64,000 nt of DNA from Kiritimatiellia bacterium (lineage in GTDB: Bacteria; Verrucomicrobiota; Kiritimatiellia; JAAZAB01): the NCBI GenBank assembly GCA_040767085.1, contig JAXGPF010000004.1, positions 166,756-230,755 of the forward strand. Reading direction: 5' to 3'. Positions 12,096-20,412 of this stretch are shown piece by piece (position 1 is the stretch's first letter; the number at the start of each line of letters is the position of its first letter). The notes beneath the pieces were generated by a model. The model had not been told where the DNA came from. It saw only the letters and a program-made list of their open reading frames with translations, and did no database searches. The position numbers and the translations under genes are program-made.

Positions 12096-13329
12096 ACCTT
12101 AAAGCGCGCGCGGGATCAAGCTTTGCCGCGCGCCAGGCGGGAATAAAACCCGCCAGCGTGCAGATCAGCAAGGATAACACCGCCACCATCCCGACATCCA
12201 GCAAAGTCACCCGGGCGGGGATTTCGCTCAGGTGATACAATTCCTTGGGGAACAATTCCATGCTCAGCAGGCTGGCCAGGCCGCGCATGATTGCGTTGCG
12301 GAAACGCAGCACCAGCATGCCCAGCCCGATGCCCAGGCCCGTGCCCAGCACGCCTTGAATCCAACCCTGCCAGAAAAAAACGGACATGATGGCGCCGGAG
12401 GAAAATCCCAGAGCCTTGAGCAGGCCGATTTCCTTGGTCTTCTGGACCACTTCGACAATCAGGGTGTTGGTCAAGCCGAACGCCGCCACCAGCACGATGA
12501 AAATCAGCAGGAAAAACATCATGTGCTTTTCCACGCGCAAGGCGTCGAATAACTGGCGGTTCAGGTCCATCCAGGTGCGGCATTGCAGCCCCGGGAAATC
12601 CCGCTCCAGGCGCGCGGCGATGCGCGCGGCGACGGCGCCGGCCTGGTAGGGATCATGCGCCATGACCCGCAGGGCATGCACGCCCTCTTCCAGGCCGCAC
12701 AGTTCCCTGGCCGCACCGAGCGGCGCCAGCACGAAGCCGACATCGTATTCCCACATGCCGATTTCAAAAATGCCCGCGACCGTGAGTTCCGCGGGCAGGG
12801 AAATCTCGTCCCGGCCGCTGGTGAAATGCTGGGGCGAGTACAGCAACAGCCGGCTGCCGACCCGCAAACCCAGGCGCCGGGCCAGTTCCAGGCCGATGAT
12901 GGCGTCTTCCGGCCCCATGGCAAAGGCGCCGGAAACCATGTGCCGGGGCAGCAGGCTGACCTGCTTTTCGCGCTCCACGTCAATCCCCCGCAGCAGCGGC
13001 GTATGCACGCGGCCGCCATGCTGGACAAACACCAGCCCCTGCACATACGGGGCCACGCCCGCCACGCCGGGCACGCCGCGCACCGCCTCGGCCGCCGCCG
13101 CCGCATCCGCAATGGCGCCTTCGGCGCTCATCACGGTGACATGCGCGTCGAAGCCCAGGATTTTTTCGCGCCACATGTCGTCAAACCCGGCCATGACGGC
13201 GATCACAATCACCAGCACCGCCACGCCCAACACCACCCCGATCATGGAAATGACCGAGATTACGGAAATGAATGTGCGCTTGGGCTTGAGATACTTCAGC
13301 GCCAGAAATAATGAAAATGGCAGGTACAT
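12088..13329 (-). CDS. lolC: Lipoprotein-releasing system permease, LolC/LolE (FtsX) family
   Basis: MYLPFSLFLALKYLKPKRTFISVISVISMIGVVLGVAVLVIVIAVMAGF is a canonical LolC/E N-terminus, with a C-terminal FtsX domain. Confidence 0.75.
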   Translation of the reverse strand: MYLPFSLFLALKYLKPKRTFISVISVISMIGVVLGVAVLVIVIAVMAGFDDMWREKILGFDAHVTVMSAEGAIADAAAAAEAVRGVPGVAGVAPYVQGLVFVQHGGRVHTPLLRGIDVEREKQVSLLPRHMVSGAFAMGPEDAIIGLELARRLGLRVGSRLLLYSPQHFTSGRDEISLPAELTVAGIFEIGMWEYDVGFVLAPLGAARELCGLEEGVHALRVMAHDPYQAGAVAARIAARLERDFPGLQCRTWMDLNRQLFDALRVEKHMMFFLLIFIVLVAAFGLTNTLIVEVVQKTKEIGLLKALGFSSGAIMSVFFWQGWIQGVLGTGLGIGLGMLVLRFRNAIMRGLASLLSMELFPKELYHLSEIPARVTLLDVGMVAVLSLLICTLAGFIPAWRAAKLDPARALRYE

Positions 13330-13416
13330 CGCGACACCGGTTCCGGGTTGCAGGCGGTTGATGGCGGGCGGACAGGATCCGGAGCCGGCCCGCGGCATGC
13401 GGCGGAACGCGCAATT

Positions 13417-14886
13417 TCAGCCGGGCGTTTCCAGCGCCCGCAACTGGGGAAACAAAATCACGTCCCGGATGGTTTCCGCTCCGGTCAAAACCATCACCAG
13501 GCGGTCGATGCCCAGCCCCAACCCACCGGCCGGCGGCATGCCGTATTCCAGCGCCGTCAAAAAATCCTCATCGATCTGCTGGACATCCGCGCCGGCTTGC
13601 TCGGCGAACCGCCGGCGTTGTTCCAGGGGGTCGTTCAATTCCGCATAGCCCGGCGCGATCTCCATGCCGTTGATCACCAGCTCGAACACATCCACCAGCT
13701 CCGGGTTGTCGGCGCAGCGCCGGGCCAGCGGCACCAGTTGCCGCGGCAGGCGCGTCACGAAAGTGGGATTGATCAGCGTGCGTTCGATCAATTTCTCGTA
13801 GACTTCGTGGGTGAGCAGCAGGCGGTCCCAGGCGGGATCCACGGCCAGGCCGCGCGCCTGCGCCCGCGCCCGCGCAGCATCCAGCGTCAAGTCGAACCAA
13901 TCGCCGCCCATGCATTCCCGCACCAGATCGCCATAGGCGGCTTCGCGCCACGGACCGCTCAAATCGAGCGGATGCTCCGGGCGCCCGACCTGCAAGCCGC
14001 CGCAGACCTCGCGGGCCGCCGCCTGGATCAGTTCCTGCACCAGCTGCTGCACTCCCCGGCGATCGGACCAGGCCACATACGCTTCCAGCATGGTGAATTC
14101 CGGGTTATGGTTGCGGGACAAGCCTTCATTGCGGAAATTGCGGTTTAACTCGAACACCCGGGGCATGCCGCCGACCAGCAGGCGTTTGAGATACAATTCC
14201 GGCGCAATCCGGAGAAACATGTCCGCATTCAAGGCCGTGTAATGCGTCCGGAAGGGCCGGGCCGCCGCGCCGCCCGGCTGGGGCTGCATCATCGGCGTCT
14301 CAACCTCCACGAAACCCCGGTCCCACAGGAACGAACGCACGGCGCGGATCATGGCGGCGCGGCGCGCAAAAACCGCGCGCGCATCGGCGTTGGCAATCAG
14401 ATCCAGGTAACGCCGGCGGTAGCGCAGTTCCACATCGCGCAAGCCATGCCATTTTTCCGGCAAGGGCCGCAGCGCCTTGCCCATCAGGCGCCATCCATCC
14501 ACCCGGATCGTCGGTTCGCCCATGCGGGTAGTGAACATCTCGCCCTCTACCCCGATCAGGTCGCCGAGGTCCAGCAGGCGGAAGGCCTCGAACTGCTCCG
14601 GCGGCAGATGCGATTTGCCGGCGTATATCTGCATGCGCCCGGTGGCATCCTGCAGATCGGCAAAGATGCTCTTGCCCATGTTGCGGATGGTCATCACCCG
14701 CCCGGCCGCGCGCGCCGGCTGATTTTCGGCAAAAGCGGCGCGCACTTCCCCCAGGGAACGGAGCGCGTCAAATCCGCCGGCCTCCGGCTGGCAGCCCAGC
14801 GCCTGCAGGCGCCGGAGATTTTCCAGCCGCTGCGCTTCCACGCCTGCCCCGGCTTCCGGCTGCAGTTCTGAACTGACGTCAGTCAT
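13417..14886 (-). CDS. lysS: Lysine--tRNA ligase (class II)
   Basis: FRNEGLSRNHNPEFTMLEAY (class II motif 2) and GGLGLGIDRLVMVLTG (motif 3), with an OB-fold N-terminus. Confidence 0.85.
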   Translation of the reverse strand: MTDVSSELQPEAGAGVEAQRLENLRRLQALGCQPEAGGFDALRSLGEVRAAFAENQPARAAGRVMTIRNMGKSIFADLQDATGRMQIYAGKSHLPPEQFEAFRLLDLGDLIGVEGEMFTTRMGEPTIRVDGWRLMGKALRPLPEKWHGLRDVELRYRRRYLDLIANADARAVFARRAAMIRAVRSFLWDRGFVEVETPMMQPQPGGAAARPFRTHYTALNADMFLRIAPELYLKRLLVGGMPRVFELNRNFRNEGLSRNHNPEFTMLEAYVAWSDRRGVQQLVQELIQAAAREVCGGLQVGRPEHPLDLSGPWREAAYGDLVRECMGGDWFDLTLDAARARAQARGLAVDPAWDRLLLTHEVYEKLIERTLINPTFVTRLPRQLVPLARRCADNPELVDVFELVINGMEIAPGYAELNDPLEQRRRFAEQAGADVQQIDEDFLTALEYGMPPAGGLGLGIDRLVMVLTGAETIRDVILFPQLRALETPG

Positions 14887-14913
14887 GGATCAACGGCAAC
14901 GCCAGGCGGCGGG

Positions 14914-15084
14914 TTATTTTTCCTGAATGGCTTCCGCCGGGCATTCGCCGGCGCACACGCCGCAACTGACGCATTTTTCTTCGTCAATCACATAGCGTTT
15001 TTCGCCCTTGGAAATAGCTTCCACCGGGCAGACTTCCTGGCATTTGCCGCAAGCCGTGCATTTATCCATAATTTCGTAAGCCAT
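14914..15084 (-). CDS. Small 2x[4Fe-4S] ferredoxin (56 aa); absent from the ORF track because it is under 60 aa
   Basis: Minus-strand translation MAYEIMDKCTACGKCQEVCPVEAISKGEKRYVIDEEKCVSCGVCAGECPAEAIQEK contains two CxxCxxCxxxCP clusters. An aaggaaa SD precedes the ATG at 15084. Confidence 0.75.
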   Translation of the reverse strand: MAYEIMDKCTACGKCQEVCPVEAISKGEKRYVIDEEKCVSCGVCAGECPAEAIQEK

Positions 15085-15114
15085 CTTGTTTTCCTTTACC
15101 CGTCACCGCGTTAT

Positions 15115-15846
15115 TCAACGCCCGATCGCCAACCGGGCGGCCAGGCGCTCCGGCAGGCCGGCGCGTCTGATCTTTTCCTGCGCCGCGGGAATATCGTATT
15201 CCACCCGCCGCAATTCAACTTCCTTTTTCTCGGCGCCAAAAACCGCATACGCCGCGCGCGGATCGCCATCCCGCGGCTGGCCGATACTGCCGACATTGAC
15301 AAAATATTTTTTGCCGAGATTGATCTTCAGGCGGGTGTAAGTGCCGCCCACAATTTCGGTGGATTTTTCAAATGCCAGAGGCACATGGGTATGGCCGAAA
15401 AAGCAGACGGTCGTAGTTTGATAGTTGAAACTCGACTCCGCTTCCAGGCTCTCAAAAACATATCCCCACATCTCCGGCATGTCCAGCGTGCTGTGCACGA
15501 TGGTAAACCCGCCCGCCCGCTGCACCAGCGGCAGGTCTGCCAGGTATTTCTGCTGCTCGGCCGACAATTGACGGCGGGTCCAATCCACGGCATCGGCCGC
15601 CAGCGGATGAAATCCGGTCAAATCGTCGTCAAACGAGCAGTAGTGGTCGTGATTGCCGCGCACCGCCTTGCAATTCAATTCCCGTATTTTATCCAGGCAT
15701 TCCGACGGGTTGGCATTGTAACCGACAATGTCGCCCACGCAGACAAAATCCGTCACGCCAACCTTGGCGGCATCCTCGAACACCGCCGTCAACGCCTCCC
15801 AGTTGCCATGGATATCGCTCAAAACCCCGTAAATCTGGCCGCTCAT
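15115..15846 (-). CDS. Metallophosphoesterase (calcineurin-like)
   Basis: VLSDIHGNWEAL...VCVGDIVGYNANP...RGNHDHY are the metallophosphoesterase motifs D-x-H, GD and GNH(D/E). Confidence 0.75.
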   Translation of the reverse strand: MSGQIYGVLSDIHGNWEALTAVFEDAAKVGVTDFVCVGDIVGYNANPSECLDKIRELNCKAVRGNHDHYCSFDDDLTGFHPLAADAVDWTRRQLSAEQQKYLADLPLVQRAGGFTIVHSTLDMPEMWGYVFESLEAESSFNYQTTTVCFFGHTHVPLAFEKSTEIVGGTYTRLKINLGKKYFVNVGSIGQPRDGDPRAAYAVFGAEKKEVELRRVEYDIPAAQEKIRRAGLPERLAARLAIGR

Positions 15847-15869
15847 TGCCGGGTAATCCTTGCCTGCGT

Positions 15870-16547
15870 CTATAAACGCATCAATGCGGCGGCTAAAACC
15901 AGATCGTCCGGAGTGGTAATCTTGATATTGGAAGAACTGGATGACACAATCCGCACCGTTTTGGATATCAATTCCACCGCTGAAGCCTCATCGGTTATCT
16001 TCAAGCGTTTCTTATTCACTAACTCGAACGCCTTCACCAGCAAACCGCGCTGAAATGACTGGGGCGTCTGAACGCGCCAAAGTTTTGTCCGATCGATCGT
16101 TTTGGTGATAATCAACCCGCGCGGCACTTCCTTGACCGTATCCGTGATTTTCACCGCCGCCACGCCGGAACCGTACTGCCGCGCCGACTTGATCGTGTCG
16201 GAAATCAAAGACGGCGTCACGCAAGGCCGGGCGCCATCATGCACCGCCACGATTTCTACATCCGGCCCCAATTCCACCAAGCCGTTCCAGACGGATGCCT
16301 GGCGCTGGGATCCGCCCGCCACAATTTTTTTAACCTTCGTGCAGCCAAACATTTGCACGGCACAGCGCGCGGACTCCACCCGCTCCTTGCGGACGACCAG
16401 AATGATCTCATCAATATCGCGGCATTTTTCGAAAGCCATCACGGCATGCACAAATACCGGCTTGGAACCAAGACTCAAAAACGCCTTGTCCACACTCGGG
16501 CCCATACGCTCACTGCGCCCGCCGGCCACTATAATTGCGCAATTCAT
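15870..16547 (-). CDS. ispD: 2-C-methyl-D-erythritol 4-phosphate cytidylyltransferase
   Basis: MNCAIIVAGGRSERMG...AVHDGARPCV is typical of IspD. GC is visibly lower (~50%) than the window average. Confidence 0.8.
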   Translation of the reverse strand: MNCAIIVAGGRSERMGPSVDKAFLSLGSKPVFVHAVMAFEKCRDIDEIILVVRKERVESARCAVQMFGCTKVKKIVAGGSQRQASVWNGLVELGPDVEIVAVHDGARPCVTPSLISDTIKSARQYGSGVAAVKITDTVKEVPRGLIITKTIDRTKLWRVQTPQSFQRGLLVKAFELVNKKRLKITDEASAVELISKTVRIVSSSSSNIKITTPDDLVLAAALMRL

Positions 16548-16687
16548 ATTATTATCATAAAAACTGGCGGCATTCACTACCAAGTAAAGTTAACCGATTC
16601 CGGCGCTAAAGTCAAATAATGTTTGCTATTATTTCAAAATCGTGTAATAAACTCGCATTCAAGTTATTGCACGGCCCGTTTCTTCGC

Positions 16688-17518
16688 ATGGATGAGAAAA
16701 TGAGCGGCGATTTCCTAATTACAAGTCTGCAAAATCAGCGTATCAAGCAGGTGGTTAAACTGCGTCAGCGCGCTTTTCGCGACCAAACGGGGTGGATGCT
16801 GGTGGAAGGCTACCGGGAAATCCGGCGCGCGCTGGATAATCACTACCGCCCATCCACGCTTTTCACCTGCCCCGCTTTTTACCTGGGCAAAAACGAGCCG
16901 CCCCTCGTGGAACAATGCCGGGCAGCCGGCGCGGAAATCATTGTTTGCACCGAGCCGGTATTTGAAAAAATCGCTTACCGCGAGCGCCCGGAAGGTCTAC
17001 TGGCGATACTGCCGCAGATGCGGGCCAGCCTGGATCAACTCCCTTTGCGGCCGCAGCCCCTGCTGGTAGTGGCGGAAGCCATTGAAAAGCCTGGGAACCT
17101 GGGAACCATGCTGCGGTCGGCCGACGCCGCCGGCGCGGATGCCGTGATTGTGTGCGATCCGCGGACGGATATTTACAATCCCAATGTTGTGCGGGCCAGC
17201 ATTGGCACGATATTTTCCGTGCCGGTGGTAACGGCGACGTTTGAAACGACTCATGCCTGGCTGCGCCAGCATCGCATTCAAACTCTGGCGGCCACGCCGC
17301 ACGCCCGGCAGACTTACACGGAGCCGGACCTGACGTCCGGCGTGGCGATCGTGCTGGGCACCGAACAATTCGGCCTGAGCGAGCGCTGGATGTCCGCCGC
17401 CGACTGGCAGGTGCGCATTCCCATGCACGGCCAGGCCGATTCCCTCAATGTGGCCGCAGCCGCCACGATCCTGTTGTTTGAAGCGCGCCGGCAGCGGGAT
17501 GCCGCGGCGGCCGTCTGA
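16688..17518 (+). CDS. TrmH/SpoU-family RNA 2'-O-methyltransferase
   Basis: LLVVAEAIEKPGNLGTMLRSADAAGADAVIV...NVVRASIGTIFSVP are SPOUT motifs. The start is uncertain: ATG at 16688 or 16700. Confidence 0.7.
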   Translation: MDEKMSGDFLITSLQNQRIKQVVKLRQRAFRDQTGWMLVEGYREIRRALDNHYRPSTLFTCPAFYLGKNEPPLVEQCRAAGAEIIVCTEPVFEKIAYRERPEGLLAILPQMRASLDQLPLRPQPLLVVAEAIEKPGNLGTMLRSADAAGADAVIVCDPRTDIYNPNVVRASIGTIFSVPVVTATFETTHAWLRQHRIQTLAATPHARQTYTEPDLTSGVAIVLGTEQFGLSERWMSAADWQVRIPMHGQADSLNVAAAATILLFEARRQRDAAAAV

Positions 17519-17569
17519 CCGCCGCCGTTCAATCCGGACGCGCCAGGCCGGCTCAGCCTGGGCTGCGGG

Positions 17570-18061
17570 TCATTTTCCGGGCGGCGGGGCATTGGTGCCG
17601 GCAGCCGCATTCGTGCCGGCGGTGTTCGCGGCAGCCGCATTCGCGGCGGCAGCGTTCGTGGCGGAGGCGGCTTCCGCCGCTTGCTTGGCCTTGGCGGCCT
17701 TGGCTTCCGCGGCTTTTTTCTCGCGGGCCGCCTTGGCTTCGGCGGCCTTCTTCTCGCGGGCGGCCTGGGCGGCGGCCGCCTTGGCTTCGGCTTCCGCCTT
17801 CGCCTTCAATTCCGCCAGCATCGGCAGTTCGAAGCGGTTGCGGGTGCCGGGTGAAAGGTATTTCCAGGGATAAGTCACGCTGCCCCGCGGGGTTTGCATG
17901 ACCAGCCCCTCCGGCAGGGCCTGGGCCACCGTGCCATCCAGCAACTTGCCGTTGGCCATGCGCGGCGGAGCATCCGGGGGCACCTCGATGGCCTCCTCCG
18001 CCCCCAGGGCCAGGCTCCAGAGCAACGCCAGCACTAAGCCAAGACAGATGCGCATATTCAT
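17570..18061 (-). CDS. Secreted Ala/Lys-rich low-complexity protein
   Basis: Signal peptide MNMRICLGLVLALLWSLALGA, followed by an AEAKAAREKKAAEAKAA repeat tract. ATGA overlap with the gltA stop. Confidence 0.55.
   Translation of the reverse strand: MNMRICLGLVLALLWSLALGAEEAIEVPPDAPPRMANGKLLDGTVAQALPEGLVMQTPRGSVTYPWKYLSPGTRNRFELPMLAELKAKAEAEAKAAAAQAAREKKAAEAKAAREKKAAEAKAAKAKQAAEAASATNAAAANAAAANTAGTNAAAGTNAPPPGK
17699..17764. repeat. Two tandem copies of a 33-bp repeat (encoding REKKAAEAKAA) within the A/K-rich CDS
   Basis: ccttggcttccgcggcttttttctcgcgggccg followed by ccttggcttcggcggccttcttctcgcgggcgg. Confidence 0.6.
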
Positions 18062-19353
18062 CCTCCCGCCGCCCGCTGTTCGACCGGCACGTAATGCCTT
18101 TCGGCGGCGCCGGTGTAAATCTGGCGCGGCCGCGCGATTTTAAAGTTGGCGCTGTGCACCATTTCCCGCCAATGCGCCAGCCACCCCGGCACCCGCCCGA
18201 TGGCAAACAACACCGTGAACATGTTGTAGGGAATGCCCACAGCCTTCAGGATCAAGCCGGAATAAAAATCCACGTTGGGATAAAGGTTGCGCTCCAGGAA
18301 GTAACTGTCGGAAAGGGCGGCTTCCTCCAGGCGCAGCGCGATGTCGAACAACGGGTTGTTGGCCCCGTGTTTATTCAGCAGCTTGTGGCAAGCCGCCTTG
18401 AGAATTTTGGCGCGCGGATCGAAATTCTTGTAAATGCGATGGCCGAAGCCCATCAGGCGCGCCTTGCCGTCGCGCCGCTTGGCTTGCTCGATGAACTTGC
18501 GCCCATCGCCGCCGGACTTCAGAATCTGCTCCAGCATGTTAATGACGCCCTGGTTGGCGCCGCCGTGACGCGGCCCCCACAAGGCGGAAATGCCGGCGGA
18601 AATCACGGAGTAAATGTTGGCCATGCTGGAGCCGGCCAGCCGCACGGTGGAAGTGCTGCAATTCTGTTCATGGTCGGCGTGCAGGATCAAAAACAACTCC
18701 ACGGCGCGGACAATGTCTTCGTCCTGCTGATAATCCCGCACCGGGGAGGCATACATCATGTTGAGGAAGTTCTGGACATACCGCAGCTTGATGGAGGGAT
18801 ACATGACCGGTTCGCCGATGGATTTCTTGTAGGAAAACGCCGCGATCGTGCGCACCTGCGAAATCAGGTTGGCCATGAACTGCTCTTCGGCATCCTGGTC
18901 CAGCACTTCAGGCAGGGGATAAAACGTGGACAGGGAAGCCACCATGGTGGTGAGAATACCCATCGGATGGGCATGGTTGGGGAACGCCAGGAAGAAATGG
19001 CGCATGTCTTCATGGATCAATGACGAAACGTTCAGCCGGTTGGAAAAAACCGCCAGTTCCGCGGCTGTCGGCAATTCGCCGTGGATCAGCAGATAAGCCG
19101 TTTCAACAAAGGTTGAACGGGCCGCCAACTCTTCAATCGGGTACCCGCGATACCGCAGGATTCCTTTATCACCGTCAATATAGGTGATGGCGCTCCGGCA
19201 GCTGCCGGTGTTGGCCAGGCCGGGATCCATGGTAATCAAACCGGTCTGACTGCGCAGACTGGCGATATCAAGGGCGCGTTCGCCCGTGGCCGCCCGCACC
19301 AGCGGCAACATGTGTTCACGGCCGTCCAACACCAGTTTGACCGAATCTTTCAT
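18058..19353 (-). CDS. gltA: Citrate synthase (type II)
   Basis: GYPIEELA...GFGHRIYKNFDPRA...HWREM are citrate synthase signature regions, including the catalytic His/Asp context. Confidence 0.85.
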   Translation of the reverse strand: MKDSVKLVLDGREHMLPLVRAATGERALDIASLRSQTGLITMDPGLANTGSCRSAITYIDGDKGILRYRGYPIEELAARSTFVETAYLLIHGELPTAAELAVFSNRLNVSSLIHEDMRHFFLAFPNHAHPMGILTTMVASLSTFYPLPEVLDQDAEEQFMANLISQVRTIAAFSYKKSIGEPVMYPSIKLRYVQNFLNMMYASPVRDYQQDEDIVRAVELFLILHADHEQNCSTSTVRLAGSSMANIYSVISAGISALWGPRHGGANQGVINMLEQILKSGGDGRKFIEQAKRRDGKARLMGFGHRIYKNFDPRAKILKAACHKLLNKHGANNPLFDIALRLEEAALSDSYFLERNLYPNVDFYSGLILKAVGIPYNMFTVLFAIGRVPGWLAHWREMVHSANFKIARPRQIYTGAAERHYVPVEQRAAGG

Positions 19354-19386
19354 GAATGCTCCCGCAAAATGATTGAGAAGGCTGCT

Positions 19387-19471
19387 TTATTAGAGGTTTT
19401 AACACCAGATGTCAAGCATGGAAAACATGTCGTCGTTCGCGCTTGACATTCACGCCGGCATGGCGCATTAT
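19387..19471. promoter_or_regulatory. Back-to-back divergent promoters for gltA (minus) and rpmB (plus)
   Basis: Minus strand: TTGACA (plus coordinates 19410-19415), 17-bp spacer, TAATAA (19387-19392). Plus strand: TTGACA 19443-19448, 17-bp spacer, CATTAT 19466-19471. The two -35 boxes form a 9-bp inverted repeat, atgtcaagc (19408-19416) and gcttgacat (19441-19449). Confidence 0.5.
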
Positions 19472-19505
19472 TTGCCCATTTAACAACCATTGCCAGGAGA
19501 CGCGC

Positions 19506-19733
19506 ATGTCACGGGTTTGCGAAATCTGCCAGAAGGGATCATTGACCGGCAATCGCATCGTTCGCCATGGATTGCCCAAGGCCAAGGGAGGGATCGGTTT
19601 GCATACCACCGGCATCACCCGCCGGAAGTTTCTGCCGAATCTCCAGAAAATCCGCGTGCTGGAAAACGGCGGAATCAAGGTGCGTAAAGTTTGCGCCAAT
19701 TGCATTAAATCAGGCAAAATCAACAAGGCCTAG
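19506..19733 (+). CDS. rpmB: 50S ribosomal protein L28
   Basis: MSRVCEICQKGSLTGNRIVRHGLPKAKGGIGLHTTGITRRKFLPNLQKIRV matches the L28 family. AGGAGA SD lies 7 nt upstream. Confidence 0.8.
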   Translation: MSRVCEICQKGSLTGNRIVRHGLPKAKGGIGLHTTGITRRKFLPNLQKIRVLENGGIKVRKVCANCIKSGKINKA

Positions 19734-19770
19734 CCGCCCACGGACGGCGGCGGCATCCGCGCGCCGCCGG

Positions 19771-19788
19771 GCATGCCGGCCGGCATGC
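19771..19788. other. Perfect 18-bp palindrome gcatgccggccggcatgc between rpmB and lemA
   Basis: Its reverse complement is identical. No U-tract follows, so it could be a terminator-like hairpin or an operator. Confidence 0.5.
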
Positions 19789-19818
19789 TGTCAGGCACAG
19801 GGACATCCAGGGGGGAGC

Positions 19819-20406
19819 ATGAAAACCGGTTGGATCATCCTCGCTGTCATCGTGTTGATCGGGCTGGCCGTGGCCGGCATTTACAACAAGCTGGTCGCCC
19901 TGCGCAACCGGTTCAAAAATGCGTTTGCCCAGATTGATGTGCAACTCAAGCGGCGTTATGACCTGATTCCCAACCTGGTGGAAGTTGCCAAGAAGTACAT
20001 GCAACACGAGCGCGAAACCCTGGAAGCCGTGATCCATGCCCGCAACCAGGCGGCTTCCGCGCAGCAGGCCGCCGCCGCCGCGCCCGGCAATCCCGCCGCC
20101 ATGCAAGGTCTGCTGGGCGCCGAGGCCGCGCTGACCGGCCGCGTCGGCCGGTTTTTCGGATTGATGGAAAATTATCCGGACTTGAAGGCCAACCAGAACA
20201 TGGCGCAACTGATGGAAGAACTCGCCTCCACGGAAAACAAGATCGCTTTCTCCCGCCAGGCATATAATGACGCGGTCATGTCTTACAATACCGCGCGCGA
20301 GACGTTCCCGAACGTGTTGATCGCCGGCCCGTTCGGTTTCGGCGAAGCCGCCCTCTTCGAAATTACCGATGCCGCCGAACGCGAAGCGCAAAAAGTAAAA
20401 TTTTAG
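19819..20406 (+). CDS. lemA: LemA family protein
   Basis: N-terminal TM helix, then AFAQIDVQLKRRYDLIPNLVEVAKKYMQHERETLEAVIHARNQA is a typical LemA core. ATG at 19819; the track ORF 19567 start is a spurious extension. Confidence 0.75.
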   Translation: MKTGWIILAVIVLIGLAVAGIYNKLVALRNRFKNAFAQIDVQLKRRYDLIPNLVEVAKKYMQHERETLEAVIHARNQAASAQQAAAAAPGNPAAMQGLLGAEAALTGRVGRFFGLMENYPDLKANQNMAQLMEELASTENKIAFSRQAYNDAVMSYNTARETFPNVLIAGPFGFGEAALFEITDAAEREAQKVKF

Positions 20407-20412
20407 CGCCTT

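Noticed and set aside
12583-13648. Plus-strand ORFs (242 aa and 328 aa)
   Set aside because: Antisense to lolC/E, which has a clear FtsX-family sequence.
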